Of a stretch of 64,000 nt of DNA, positions 17,885 through 27,169 are shown one piece after another; the stretch's first letter is position 1, and every line of letters begins with the position of its first letter. The notes beneath the pieces are model-generated. The model did not search any database, was not told where the DNA came from, and worked only from the letters and a program-made list of their open reading frames with translations. The position numbers were made by a program, and so were the translations under genes. Source of the stretch: a virus. Lineage: Duplodnaviria; Caudoviricetes. The DNA lies in IMG/VR virus record IMGVR_UViG_3300036851_000198, positions 1,829-65,828 of that record, one strand, 5' to 3'.

Positions 17885-19420
17885 ATGCTCGAAGTCACCG
17901 CCAAGAGCAACCTCGTCCAAGATCTGGAGAAGCTCCACGAGCTTTGGAACCCAAAGCCCAGCCCGTATCTGAACGACCCGATCGGGTGGTTGCATAACGT
18001 AGCCAAACAGGAGACTTGGTCCGGACAGGACGAAATCATCCAGTCAGTAGCAGACCATCGACATACTGCGGTGAAGAGTTGCTTCGGAATTGGCAAAAGC
18101 TGGACCGCAGCCTGGCTGGTGGGATGGTGGTTAGCAGAGAAAGCCGACCCATTCGTGGTAACGTCCGCCCCGACGAGCCATCAGGTCCGGACGATCCTCT
18201 GGCGGTACATCCGACGTGCGCAAACAGTAGCAGGACTCCCCGGGGTAATCAACCAGGGGCAGGTGCCCGAATGGAAGATCGCGGGTGAGCTTGTAGCATT
18301 TGGGCGCAAACCGGCTGACTACCTGGACGCGGACGAGGCAGCCGCCGCCTTCCAGGGGATCCATGCGTTGAACGTGCTAATCATTCTGGACGAGGGGTCG
18401 GGTATCCCCGAGTGGCTGGTGAACGCCTGTGAGGGGCTAGTCACGAACGAGAACTCCAGGATTCTCGTCATCGGCAACCCCGGTGACCCCGTGAGCCCAT
18501 TTGCCCGCATGTTCAGGCCCGCGTCGGGCTACAACAAGATAACCATAGCCGCCAAGGATACGCCCAACTTCACCGGCGAACACATCAGCGAAAACCTCAA
18601 GCAGTATCTCGTCAGTAAGCTCTGGGTTGACGAGCGCGCAAAGCGATGGGGCAAGCACAGCCCGCTGTACGTTTCCAAGGTTGACGCAGAGTTCCCCGAA
18701 GTCACGGACGACACCGTCTTCACCCCGGCGATCATCAACAAGGCGGTCCTCATAGACCGATCCAAGTTCGCCGTCAACGTCAAGGGCCGCTACGGGTTCG
18801 ACGTTGCGCGCATGGGTGTGGACGAAAGCTGCATCTACCACAACCGCGCAGGGTACATCCGCATGGTGAAGAAGTGGGGCAAGAAGGACACGATGGAGAG
18901 CGTAGGCGAGTACCGGCGCATGGTGAAGGACGAACCAAGACTTGCTCCGACCGCCGTGGTTGATGTCGTCGGCATAGGGTCCGGCGTATTTGACCGCCTC
19001 AAGGAGTTGAACTACAGCGTTGTTCCGTTCAACTCTGGCGAAAAGGCTTTCAACCCCCTCAAGTACAAGAACCGGCGGTCTGAGGCGTACTGGGAAGCCA
19101 AGGAGATGATGGATGAGGGGTTGATTGACATCGAGTTAGAAGATGAAGACCTTCAGGCCGAACTTCTGGAGCACAAGTACAAGACAACCAGCACCGGACT
19201 CATCCAGATCGAGCCGAAGGAGGACATCGCCCAAAGACTGGGTCGAAGTCCAGACCGCGCCGACGCCTTCGTCATGAGCCTCCAGAAGAGCGCCGATCTT
19301 ACCCAGCTCATGCGCGAGCAACAGCAAACCAAACCTCAGGACCCGACAGAGCCGCCGCCCGACCGGGGCAGCGATGCACCCGAAGATCTGGTTTCTGACC
19401 TCTTCGACATAAAGATGTAA
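17885..19420 (+). CDS. terL: terminase large subunit
   Basis: Walker A SCFGIGKS, IILDE, IGNP, nuclease GFDVARMGVD and SPDRADA. Confidence 0.95.
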   Translation: MLEVTAKSNLVQDLEKLHELWNPKPSPYLNDPIGWLHNVAKQETWSGQDEIIQSVADHRHTAVKSCFGIGKSWTAAWLVGWWLAEKADPFVVTSAPTSHQVRTILWRYIRRAQTVAGLPGVINQGQVPEWKIAGELVAFGRKPADYLDADEAAAAFQGIHALNVLIILDEGSGIPEWLVNACEGLVTNENSRILVIGNPGDPVSPFARMFRPASGYNKITIAAKDTPNFTGEHISENLKQYLVSKLWVDERAKRWGKHSPLYVSKVDAEFPEVTDDTVFTPAIINKAVLIDRSKFAVNVKGRYGFDVARMGVDESCIYHNRAGYIRMVKKWGKKDTMESVGEYRRMVKDEPRLAPTAVVDVVGIGSGVFDRLKELNYSVVPFNSGEKAFNPLKYKNRRSEAYWEAKEMMDEGLIDIELEDEDLQAELLEHKYKTTSTGLIQIEPKEDIAQRLGRSPDRADAFVMSLQKSADLTQLMREQQQTKPQDPTEPPPDRGSDAPEDLVSDLFDIKM

Positions 19421-19716
19421 TGAAGATCACCTCCGATAGAACAGAGATCAAGGGCCGGATCGAAGGCGCGGTAAGCGGCCAAGTTGAGGACACAGCTGAA
19501 GTCGTCGGCGGCATAGTGCGCGGCATCAGCGGCCAGGGCATGATCGCAGGCAACATCCGCGAGCTAGGCTCAGATGGCGGGATCGACTGCAACGTCTTTA
19601 TCCAACCGGACCCGCCCGAAACGGATATGGAGCAGTACGTGTGGTATGAGACATACCCCGTAGGCCATGCGAGTGAAGGCGAATTGCAAACAATCTGGAC
19701 GTTTGGGATCGAATGA
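19420..19716 (+). CDS. hypothetical protein
   Basis: TAATG coupling to terL. Confidence 0.6.
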   Translation: MKITSDRTEIKGRIEGAVSGQVEDTAEVVGGIVRGISGQGMIAGNIRELGSDGGIDCNVFIQPDPPETDMEQYVWYETYPVGHASEGELQTIWTFGIE

Positions 19717-20300
19717 CGCCCGTACTTCAGAACGCCTTTGAAAACCTCTCCACCGAGGCGAAGCAGGACACAGAAATCGCACGGTTGGAGGAAATCAGAG
19801 CCGCAGTACAAGACCTTGCTTCGGACGACGAGGGTGTAGCGCGTGAGGTCACGCTTGACCTCATTCGCATTGCTATACAAGACCTAGCATCCGACGATGA
19901 GGGCATCGCGCGCGAGATCACGCTCACCCAGGTCGCTGCTAGCCTTGCCACGATCGCCCAGGCATTGGACAACAGATTCGGCGGCGGCAAGCTACCGCAT
20001 ACCCAGTTGGTGTCGAATGTTGGTGACACCATCCTGCTCACGCCGACGGAAGGCAGCCGCCTAATCGTCTACTGGGTTTCGGCGATCAATGATCCAGACG
20101 CATCGGCCACACCCAAGGTTACGTACAAATTCGGCGATGGTCAAGAACTTTACTTTGCGCCCGCCGTGGCGCATTGGGAACCGTTCCCAGGACCCATCAA
20201 CAACGGTGGCGCATCGACCGCCAATAGCCGATTGCTCTGCGAGCTTGATGTTGCAGGGGATGTTCCGGTCACAGTTCACTATAAGGAGGTTGCGCCGTGA
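19713..20300 (+). CDS. hypothetical virion-associated protein with an internal 23-aa repeat
   Basis: QDLASDDEG(V/I)ARE(V/I)TL occurs twice. Confidence 0.65.
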   Translation: MTPVLQNAFENLSTEAKQDTEIARLEEIRAAVQDLASDDEGVAREVTLDLIRIAIQDLASDDEGIAREITLTQVAASLATIAQALDNRFGGGKLPHTQLVSNVGDTILLTPTEGSRLIVYWVSAINDPDASATPKVTYKFGDGQELYFAPAVAHWEPFPGPINNGGASTANSRLLCELDVAGDVPVTVHYKEVAP

Positions 20301-20488
20301 GCGCATTTCATGGCGTCGGTCGTAGTGAACCGATCAGTGTGGCGCGTGCTGTGCTGCAAAAGGCAGATGGCACGATACAGGTTCACTACTCGATTCCGGA
20401 GTTGCCGTGGCACCACTTCCGGCGTCGCCTGAAGCTTTGGCGACATCTACAGATGATGCGAGCCGAAGACAAGGAGATGCTGTCGTGA
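20297..20488 (+). CDS. hypothetical protein
   Basis: AAGGAGG SD. Confidence 0.6.
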   Translation: MSAFHGVGRSEPISVARAVLQKADGTIQVHYSIPELPWHHFRRRLKLWRHLQMMRAEDKEMLS

Positions 20489-20667
20489 TGAAGCTCAAGG
20501 CGCGGGTCATCCGTAGCTGGGACGTTGTGGTCGATGCCGAGTATGGCGACGATCAGGACACGCTACTCAAGAAGGCCGTCAAAGAGGCAGACGGCAAGCC
20601 GACCGATGAAACAGCGGTCCTGCTCCCCAACACGAAGAAGGGCGATGATCGGGAGGTTGACGACTAA
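20488..20667 (+). CDS. hypothetical protein
   Basis: AAGGAG SD, coupled. Confidence 0.6.
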   Translation: MKLKARVIRSWDVVVDAEYGDDQDTLLKKAVKEADGKPTDETAVLLPNTKKGDDREVDD

Positions 20668-21047
20668 TGGCCCTGACGACCGAGGGCCGCGAGTGGTACA
20701 TCGACAAGGTCCAGGATGTTGCCACCTTGACGAACGCCAAGATGACGGCGATTGGCTGGGGGACCGGCGTGACGGCCGAAGCGGTCGGCGATGTTGGGCT
20801 AGTGACCGAGGCAACGGAGGCGCGTGTCGTCGGAACACTCAGCCAGCCGACATCGACAACGGATCGGCTCGTCGGCACGATGACGTGCGCGGGCGCGCTG
20901 AAGAATATCACCGAGGTTGGCCGCTTCAACACGACGAACAAGTCCGAAACGGCGGGCAACACTTACCTGCTCCAGCGCCACCTCTTCACGGCGATCCCGA
21001 CCGACGTTGGCGACTCGATCACCTTCACTTTGGACGTCCTCGACTGA
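20667..21047 (+). CDS. virion structural protein (fibre/collar type)
   Basis: AIGWGTG...ITEVGRF...GDSITFT pattern common in phage fibre proteins. Confidence 0.65.
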   Translation: MALTTEGREWYIDKVQDVATLTNAKMTAIGWGTGVTAEAVGDVGLVTEATEARVVGTLSQPTSTTDRLVGTMTCAGALKNITEVGRFNTTNKSETAGNTYLLQRHLFTAIPTDVGDSITFTLDVLD

Positions 21048-21057
21048 TGACGGCGTA

Positions 21058-22455
21058 ATGCCCACAAGCGCGCAAAGTTTCTTTGCCTCCACGATCGACC
21101 ATGATGGGGCGTGGGGGACGGATATCCGCAAGCTCGCGGAGGCTGCCGGGGGTGTTGACGGCTCGACCATGGGTGCATTCGGGACCGCAGCCGCGACAAT
21201 CGTCATGGATCCGTTCACGACGCGCTCGACCACGGGTACGGCGGACGCTCCGGAATTCGGGTGGGCAATCAATCGTCTGGGGGCGGACGGCATGGAATCC
21301 TCAGCGACAGCCAAACGCATCATCCCCGCGGGTACCTGGGACTTCTTTGTTCAGGTGTCGGCCGCAGTTGCCACCACCAACGTTCATTTTGAGGTGCGCG
21401 TCTATCGGGTATCATCCAGCGGCACGCGGACGCTGTTGATCGGGCCGCTCAACACAAACTCCACGCTGCCGATCTCGTCCGGTACCGACCTGAGCGCGTC
21501 GAGCAGTGAGAGCCAGATCACGCTTGAGGCAGACGAGACGCTGCTGGTGTCGTTTACGATGGTCAAAGAGGGCGGCACCTTGCTTGGCGAGACATATAAC
21601 TTCAATGTCAACAACGGTGGCTCACAGGTCGCTAACGGGATGGTTCGGGTGCCATCGCCGGGGATTCGTACTCAGCGATTTCGTAGTGATGAGGCAAGCC
21701 TCGCGCTGACTGCGGCGCGCTCCAAGGAGTATATCCCGAAGTCCAAGACGGCGAACCTGGCGCTCGTTGGTGCCTTCAGCCGCCAGACCGCGGCGAGCCG
21801 GGAGTTCGTGACCAACTTGTCACTCACGGCGGCGATCCAAAGGGCTATGGCTCCGATGCCGAAGGCTGTCCTGCTTACGCTCGCTTCCAGTGTCAGCAAG
21901 ACGATTGCTCCGACACCCAAGATCGCCACACTCACACTCTCGACAGCCCTGTCCAAAGTGATGACTTTGATCCCTAAGATTGCCGCACTTACGCTGTCGG
22001 CCACAGCGTCACGGTCGATAGCTGCGTCCAGGGAGTTCAGCGCGCCGATCACGCTCACGGCGACCTCACAGCGCCGCGCGGATCGCATTCGTGCGTTCAC
22101 CACCAACCTGTCGCTCAGCGCTGTAGCGGCTCGTATGGTGGCGGCGCAACGAACGTTCTCGACCGCGCTCAGTCTCAATGCGCTGGTTCAGCGAGAAGTC
22201 CAGCCCATCGCCAAGGTCGCTACGCTCAACTTGTCCGGTTCGATGAGCCGTCAGCTGATCGCGGCTCGCGCGTTCGTCGCGAACCTTGCGCTCACGACCG
22301 CGTTCCAGCGGCGCTTCATCAAGGGCATGATGCGCGCCGTCAGCCTGCCGCTGACCGCTCGTGCTCGCGTGGACATTTCGACCGATATGCTCAATCGCAT
22401 CACAAGCGGCGGCACGACGATAATCAAGAAGATCACGAACTTGTTCGATGACTAA
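21058..22455 (+). CDS. virion fibre-like protein with Ala/Thr/Leu-rich beta repeats
   Basis: N-terminal beta-sandwich-like region, then repeated LxLxA..R units. Confidence 0.7.
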   Translation: MPTSAQSFFASTIDHDGAWGTDIRKLAEAAGGVDGSTMGAFGTAAATIVMDPFTTRSTTGTADAPEFGWAINRLGADGMESSATAKRIIPAGTWDFFVQVSAAVATTNVHFEVRVYRVSSSGTRTLLIGPLNTNSTLPISSGTDLSASSSESQITLEADETLLVSFTMVKEGGTLLGETYNFNVNNGGSQVANGMVRVPSPGIRTQRFRSDEASLALTAARSKEYIPKSKTANLALVGAFSRQTAASREFVTNLSLTAAIQRAMAPMPKAVLLTLASSVSKTIAPTPKIATLTLSTALSKVMTLIPKIAALTLSATASRSIAASREFSAPITLTATSQRRADRIRAFTTNLSLSAVAARMVAAQRTFSTALSLNALVQREVQPIAKVATLNLSGSMSRQLIAARAFVANLALTTAFQRRFIKGMMRAVSLPLTARARVDISTDMLNRITSGGTTIIKKITNLFDD

Positions 22456-22474
22456 CCCAGTCAGATGTTTTTGA

Positions 22475-22660
22475 ATGGACACAAAGGAACTCATTCATAT
22501 GGCAGGTCAGTCGGTTGAGGACTGCGCTGAAAGCTTGAATAAAGCGCTGTTGCAGAACCGCGCAGATGAGGCCCATAGCTATGCTATGGCTATGGAGGCA
22601 GCTTCGAGTTCATACCGGGAACTGGTGTTTACCGAACAGAATATTGAGGAGGATGAATGA
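22475..22660 (+). CDS. hypothetical protein
   Basis: short ORF in the late operon. Confidence 0.5.
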   Translation: MDTKELIHMAGQSVEDCAESLNKALLQNRADEAHSYAMAMEAASSSYRELVFTEQNIEEDE

Positions 22661-22827
22661 CGGAGAGCAGAATCACTAACGAGGGCGGCGGTGTGATGCA
22701 CAAGCCGAGCGTTAGCAAGACCGCTAAGGCAACAGACACCAAAGGCATACCGCCCAAGCCGCGCACATTTCACAAGCCTGCCAAGAGCGGGCACTTTCGG
22801 CCATTCACGAATCGAGCGAGGTAGTTC

Positions 22828-23292
22828 ATGGCAAACCGCAACGCACCCGCTTCAGCATTCGGCCACTCCGGCGAGCACAACCATGCGATCCACGGCAGGA
22901 AGGACAAGGTAACACGCTACGATCCAACGGGACCGGCTTCCGCCGCTCGCGTCAGAGGGGCCAAAAGTCCTGGCGCAGGGAATGGCGCTGTTACAGCAAC
23001 GGCAATAGATGATCTGTTTACCCTTACTGGGCATGGTTTCGTTGTTGGTCAGGAGGTTCGCTTCACAGCAATGACCGGCGGTGCAGGTATTGTCGCTGGC
23101 ACGAGCTATTACGTCATCGCATCTGGTCTGACAGCCAACGCCTTCAGAGTGAGCGCGACTCCTGGTGGGTCGACCATCAATGTAACCACGGACATGACTG
23201 CCGGTACGGTCACGCCATGGTCGCATACGTATGTTGGCGGCCCCAGCCGAGAAGGTCGTGTCCTTCCGGTAGTTCCGGGTCCCAGAAAGTAG
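22828..23292 (+). CDS. virion protein with FCCH-like beta domain
   Basis: FTLTGHGFVVGQEVRF...GTSYYV..ANAFRVSATPGG. Confidence 0.7.
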   Translation: MANRNAPASAFGHSGEHNHAIHGRKDKVTRYDPTGPASAARVRGAKSPGAGNGAVTATAIDDLFTLTGHGFVVGQEVRFTAMTGGAGIVAGTSYYVIASGLTANAFRVSATPGGSTINVTTDMTAGTVTPWSHTYVGGPSREGRVLPVVPGPRK

Positions 23293-23296
23293 AACC

Positions 23297-23959
23297 ATGT
23301 CTAGAAGGAACAAAGTCAAGCTAGCCTTTTACAGACGGTCGCTGAAGAAATGGAGAGAGAGGCACGCCTACCGCAAGCGCAAGGCCGACATAGCTCACCA
23401 GAGAAATGACAGAAATGGCGTGAAGAAGTGGTACACTCTTATGAAGGAGGCGGGCGTTGAGATCCGCCGTCGTCGTGCTCAGATCGAAACATTGACTCCG
23501 AGGCCCAGGCCGCAGGCGCCGAAGCGCGCCCTGGTAATAGCCAAGGCTCGTTCGTACATCGGCGTTCGAGAGCGGTACTGGAATGGTGGAGGAATCATCA
23601 ATGTCTGGCAGCAGAATTTTGGTTTCGGCCGGGTGCCGTGGTGTGGCCTTTTTTGCGGCAACATGCTCCGCGCAGTTGGTATTTCGGTTCCATCTGCCAT
23701 AGCATCTGTAGCCTTGATTGAAGGTATGGCGAGGCGCAAACAAAGACCATTCAGAGGCTGGTCAACTGACGAGAAAACCGCAACAAGAGGTGATCTAGCG
23801 ATAATTGGGGGTTACGGTCAACATGTAGAGATGGTAGAGCAGGTTCATGCAGATGGATCGTTGACTACAATCGGCGGCAATACCGGCGATGCGGTTCGAC
23901 GTATGAACCGGCCGCGATCTTCTGTACGCGGCATCGCGCAGGTCAACTTCCCAGGATAA
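23297..23959 (+). CDS. endolysin, CHAP amidase/peptidase
   Basis: ARSYIGVRE, PWCGLF, HVEMVE, TIGGNT; basic N-terminal helix. Confidence 0.9.
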   Translation: MSRRNKVKLAFYRRSLKKWRERHAYRKRKADIAHQRNDRNGVKKWYTLMKEAGVEIRRRRAQIETLTPRPRPQAPKRALVIAKARSYIGVRERYWNGGGIINVWQQNFGFGRVPWCGLFCGNMLRAVGISVPSAIASVALIEGMARRKQRPFRGWSTDEKTATRGDLAIIGGYGQHVEMVEQVHADGSLTTIGGNTGDAVRRMNRPRSSVRGIAQVNFPG

Positions 23960-23968
23960 GGAGTAATC

Positions 23969-24253
23969 ATGAATGACCCAACCCCCATCGAAGGCGTACC
24001 GGCAAACTCTGATGAGGAGCTGAAGGAGATCCTCGCGCAGGAGTCTCTCAACGTACCGCCAAAGAAGCCGGATGTCACACCCACGATGTACGTTGTGGTA
24101 ATAGGCGCAATCACTCAGTTTAGCCGCGCCTTCGGGATTTGGGACGCAAGTCCCGAACAAGTCGATGCTCTGAATGTGGCTTGCGGAATGCTCGTCACAA
24201 TCGGCCTCGGAGATGTTCTGTTGCGCGGTTTCCGGAATCTCAGTCAGCGGTAG
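23969..24253 (+). CDS. putative holin
   Basis: two hydrophobic segments; lies between two muralytic genes. Confidence 0.65.
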   Translation: MNDPTPIEGVPANSDEELKEILAQESLNVPPKKPDVTPTMYVVVIGAITQFSRAFGIWDASPEQVDALNVACGMLVTIGLGDVLLRGFRNLSQR

Positions 24254-24255
24254 TG

Positions 24256-24876
24256 ATGAGTTACGCCAAGCCAACAACAGAAGAAATCCACAAGGCTCTC
24301 AAGACTCTTGGGACGTATCGGGTTATTGCCTGTCAAGTTTCGGCGAGCGAAGGTCCTCCAGACGGTATTGGCGGTCACCACCTGTTGGTTACAGGCTTGC
24401 GCGAAACTTGGTTGGACAACATAAACGGAGACAAGCGTGTTGTCCAAGGCAAGGTCGAGTTTCGCGCAAAGGGATGTTTCCAAATCAACGAGGACTATCA
24501 CTCCGACTTTCTTCGTGAACAGGTCGGATGCAGAGAAGGTACCTGGCAGGCTGTTGCAGGTCACACAGCAACAGAGGAAGGCTTCTGTCCTCGCTTCACT
24601 CCTGCGATGGTGTACGCTCTAGACATTTTGAAGTTCAACAAGCTGTATTCTGAACGACGCAAGATTCCTGAGCGTGGGCAGGTAAGCCTGAGGGTCGCGT
24701 TCAACGGCTACAATCGCGGCATCGACGGTGCCATCGACCAGTACTTCGATGCAATTGCAACAGAAGGCAACATAGACGCAGGAACAACGGGCAGTGACTA
24801 CGGCATTTGGTGCATCAAAAACTCACAACTAATCAAGAAGTGGTTGGAAGCACACGATAACTGGAGGCCACAATGA
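24256..24876 (+). CDS. goose-type lysozyme / GH23-like muramidase
   Basis: GLRET, GCFQIN, GYNRG, DAGTTGSDYG. Confidence 0.7.
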   Translation: MSYAKPTTEEIHKALKTLGTYRVIACQVSASEGPPDGIGGHHLLVTGLRETWLDNINGDKRVVQGKVEFRAKGCFQINEDYHSDFLREQVGCREGTWQAVAGHTATEEGFCPRFTPAMVYALDILKFNKLYSERRKIPERGQVSLRVAFNGYNRGIDGAIDQYFDAIATEGNIDAGTTGSDYGIWCIKNSQLIKKWLEAHDNWRPQ

Positions 24877-24949
24877 GGTACAGAGGACATAGATGGGCAA
24901 AAGGCGGACACACCGGGCCTAATCCTTCCCAGGGATCATGGGGTAAATA

Positions 24950-25162
24950 ATGTTGGACGTCGAAACGCACACGCAGTTCCTCGCTCGAATGTTGGTCTCG
25001 ACCAGAGAGGGACAGCAGATCACTAGCAAGGACGCACAACGTCTGAGTGACCTGGCGCAGTACGGGCCGGGACCGATCCCGACCACGATGCCAGAAGAGC
25101 GCCGGGACGCGAATAGGATTCAGGAACCGGCTGAATCACCAAGAGAGGTGATTCAGGATTAG
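24950..25162 (+). CDS. hypothetical protein
   Basis: ORF in the late operon. Confidence 0.55.
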   Translation: MLDVETHTQFLARMLVSTREGQQITSKDAQRLSDLAQYGPGPIPTTMPEERRDANRIQEPAESPREVIQD

Positions 25163-25487
25163 CAAGTACGATGACCCAGAACGTGATCCACACTTCTATC
25201 CGACCCATCAACATGAAGCTAGCGGCTTACATCGACAAGCCACTGCTGAGGAGGCTGCCATACGCGGGTGGGTCTTTCGATCTGAGTGGTATAAGCGTTT
25301 GGTACCAGACACCAGGAAGTGTGTTCTGCACGGCGAAGTGATGTTCAATGAGCGCGAGTTGACGGGTTACGAGGAAGACATTTTGTACAAGGATTACAAC
25401 AAGGGCATGGCTTCTGGAGGTTCTGGATACAAACACCTTCTGCCTGGCGTTGATACACTTCCTGGACCAGATACAATTCCTGGTTGA
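25158..25487 (+). CDS. hypothetical protein; start non-canonical or uncertain
   Basis: frame is open from 25152; ATT follows a GAGGTG SD; first canonical start only at 25299. Confidence 0.45.
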   Translation: MSKYDDPERDPHFYPTHQHEASGLHRQATAEEAAIRGWVFRSEWYKRLVPDTRKCVLHGEVMFNERELTGYEEDILYKDYNKGMASGGSGYKHLLPGVDTLPGPDTIPG

Positions 25488-25490
25488 TTT

Positions 25491-26888
25491 ATGGCGTTTA
25501 CAGCAAAAGACTGGAAGAATCGTCCCGATGCGAGCACTCCAGCCACAGCTGAGGCGCTGGAGGACATAGAGCTACGTCTAAGCGGTTATACAGATCAGGA
25601 GATTGCAGTTGTTCTGGCGAAACGCGGCGCAGCAAATGGCTTAGCCAGCCTTGGCGCCGATGGTAAACTAGAAGAGGACGAGCTACCGCTTTCGGTGGCA
25701 AGCATTAGCGCTGCGAACACGTTCACGAAGGCGCAGACGATTGCACCCGACAGCAACACGACGGCGCTCACGATTCAGAGCGTCGCGGGGCAGACAATCT
25801 CGCCGCTGAAGGTTCTGCGCTCGGATACCACCCCGCACCTAGAACTGCGCGATTCGACGCTGGTGGTCAGGAAGCTCACCGCTAATGGGTCGATTGCGCC
25901 GGAGCTTCACCTGCTCGCCCAGAACGGCGGCGGGCTGATCGGCATCGACGTGATGGCGGGCGTAAAGAGTTCCGACCTGGCGATCGGCTGCCTGCGCACG
26001 AGCGACCAGACAACGTGGACCTACAACGGCGACATCATCTATATCTCTAACGGCCGGGCGGCCGGGATGCTGGAGCAGGTCGGGATCGGCTGGGCGACCC
26101 CGGCGGATCTTGCCGGCGCGTCGGGCACCGCGCGGCTGACGGTCGCATCGGTGACCGATGGTTCGGGCAACGTGGTCGCCGGTCACGACAACGCGACGAT
26201 CCTTGCCCGCGGCGCGCTGGGACAGACCGCGCCGCTTCTGGCGACGGCGCGCTGGTCGTCGACGGCGCGGTTGTGGTCGGCGTTCATCGACGGGTCGATG
26301 GAGTGGCGCAGCACCGCCAACATAGTTGTGCGGACGCTCGGCACGGATCGCAAGATGTCAGCGTTCGGCGAGAACTCCACCACGCCGCTGCTCGGCCATT
26401 CGGTCGGCGGCGATGCCCAGGACCGCTTCCGCATCACCGCCATCGGCGATCTGGAGTGGAGCCCGGGGACGGGCGGCTCGTTCACCGCCGACTGCAAGCT
26501 GCGCCGCACGAACCCCAACGTCCTGACGGTGGATGACACGACGCTGCGGTTCGTCCGGGTGGCGGGAGGCGGTGCGATCACGGTGCAAGGCACGACCGAC
26601 ACGAACCACCGCATCCAGATCCAGGCGACGGGGATCATCAACTTCGGTCCCGGCAACGCGGCCCAAGACACCGCATACCTCGCTCGTCACACAAGCCAGG
26701 TGTTGCGTTACGGTGACCGCACGAGCGCTGGGAAGCTGACCGCTGATGGCGGGCTGGGCGCTGGCAACAGCGTTGTCCGCACAACGCTCGCCAGCCCGGG
26801 CACCGTGACGCGGATGCTTGAGGTCTTCGATGCGACCGGGGCGAGCATCGGCGCCGTACCGGTCTACGCGACGGGATCGTTCTCATGA
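25491..26888 (+). CDS. tail fibre/spike-like protein
   Basis: MAFTAKDWKN..STP N-terminus, GAANGLASLGADGK motif, beta-rich body. Confidence 0.75.
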   Translation: MAFTAKDWKNRPDASTPATAEALEDIELRLSGYTDQEIAVVLAKRGAANGLASLGADGKLEEDELPLSVASISAANTFTKAQTIAPDSNTTALTIQSVAGQTISPLKVLRSDTTPHLELRDSTLVVRKLTANGSIAPELHLLAQNGGGLIGIDVMAGVKSSDLAIGCLRTSDQTTWTYNGDIIYISNGRAAGMLEQVGIGWATPADLAGASGTARLTVASVTDGSGNVVAGHDNATILARGALGQTAPLLATARWSSTARLWSAFIDGSMEWRSTANIVVRTLGTDRKMSAFGENSTTPLLGHSVGGDAQDRFRITAIGDLEWSPGTGGSFTADCKLRRTNPNVLTVDDTTLRFVRVAGGGAITVQGTTDTNHRIQIQATGIINFGPGNAAQDTAYLARHTSQVLRYGDRTSAGKLTADGGLGAGNSVVRTTLASPGTVTRMLEVFDATGASIGAVPVYATGSFS

Positions 26889-27070
26889 GCCTGCGTCTGC
26901 TCAAGGTGGTGGTGCAGCCCGTGTTCGTGTGGGATGACGGCGACACGTTGCGCGAGGTTCAGGTCGACCCCGTGCAGGTGGCTCCTGCCGACTGGCCCGA
27001 CTATCCCGCCAAGCTCGCCGAGCAGACTGCTGAGCAGGAGGCGATCCTCGCCGAGCAATACGGCGCGTAG
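26885..27070 (+). CDS. small protein, possible fibre chaperone
   Basis: ATGA overlap with the fibre gene, same high GC. Confidence 0.55.
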   Translation: MSLRLLKVVVQPVFVWDDGDTLREVQVDPVQVAPADWPDYPAKLAEQTAEQEAILAEQYGA

Positions 27071-27169
27071 GGGAACGGCAAGCGCACCGTCGCCAAGGCG
27101 TAGCTACTGCTTCGCGTGAAAAGCAATAGGTAGAACGAAAATGAAACGAAATTGAATGGAGGTGAAATC

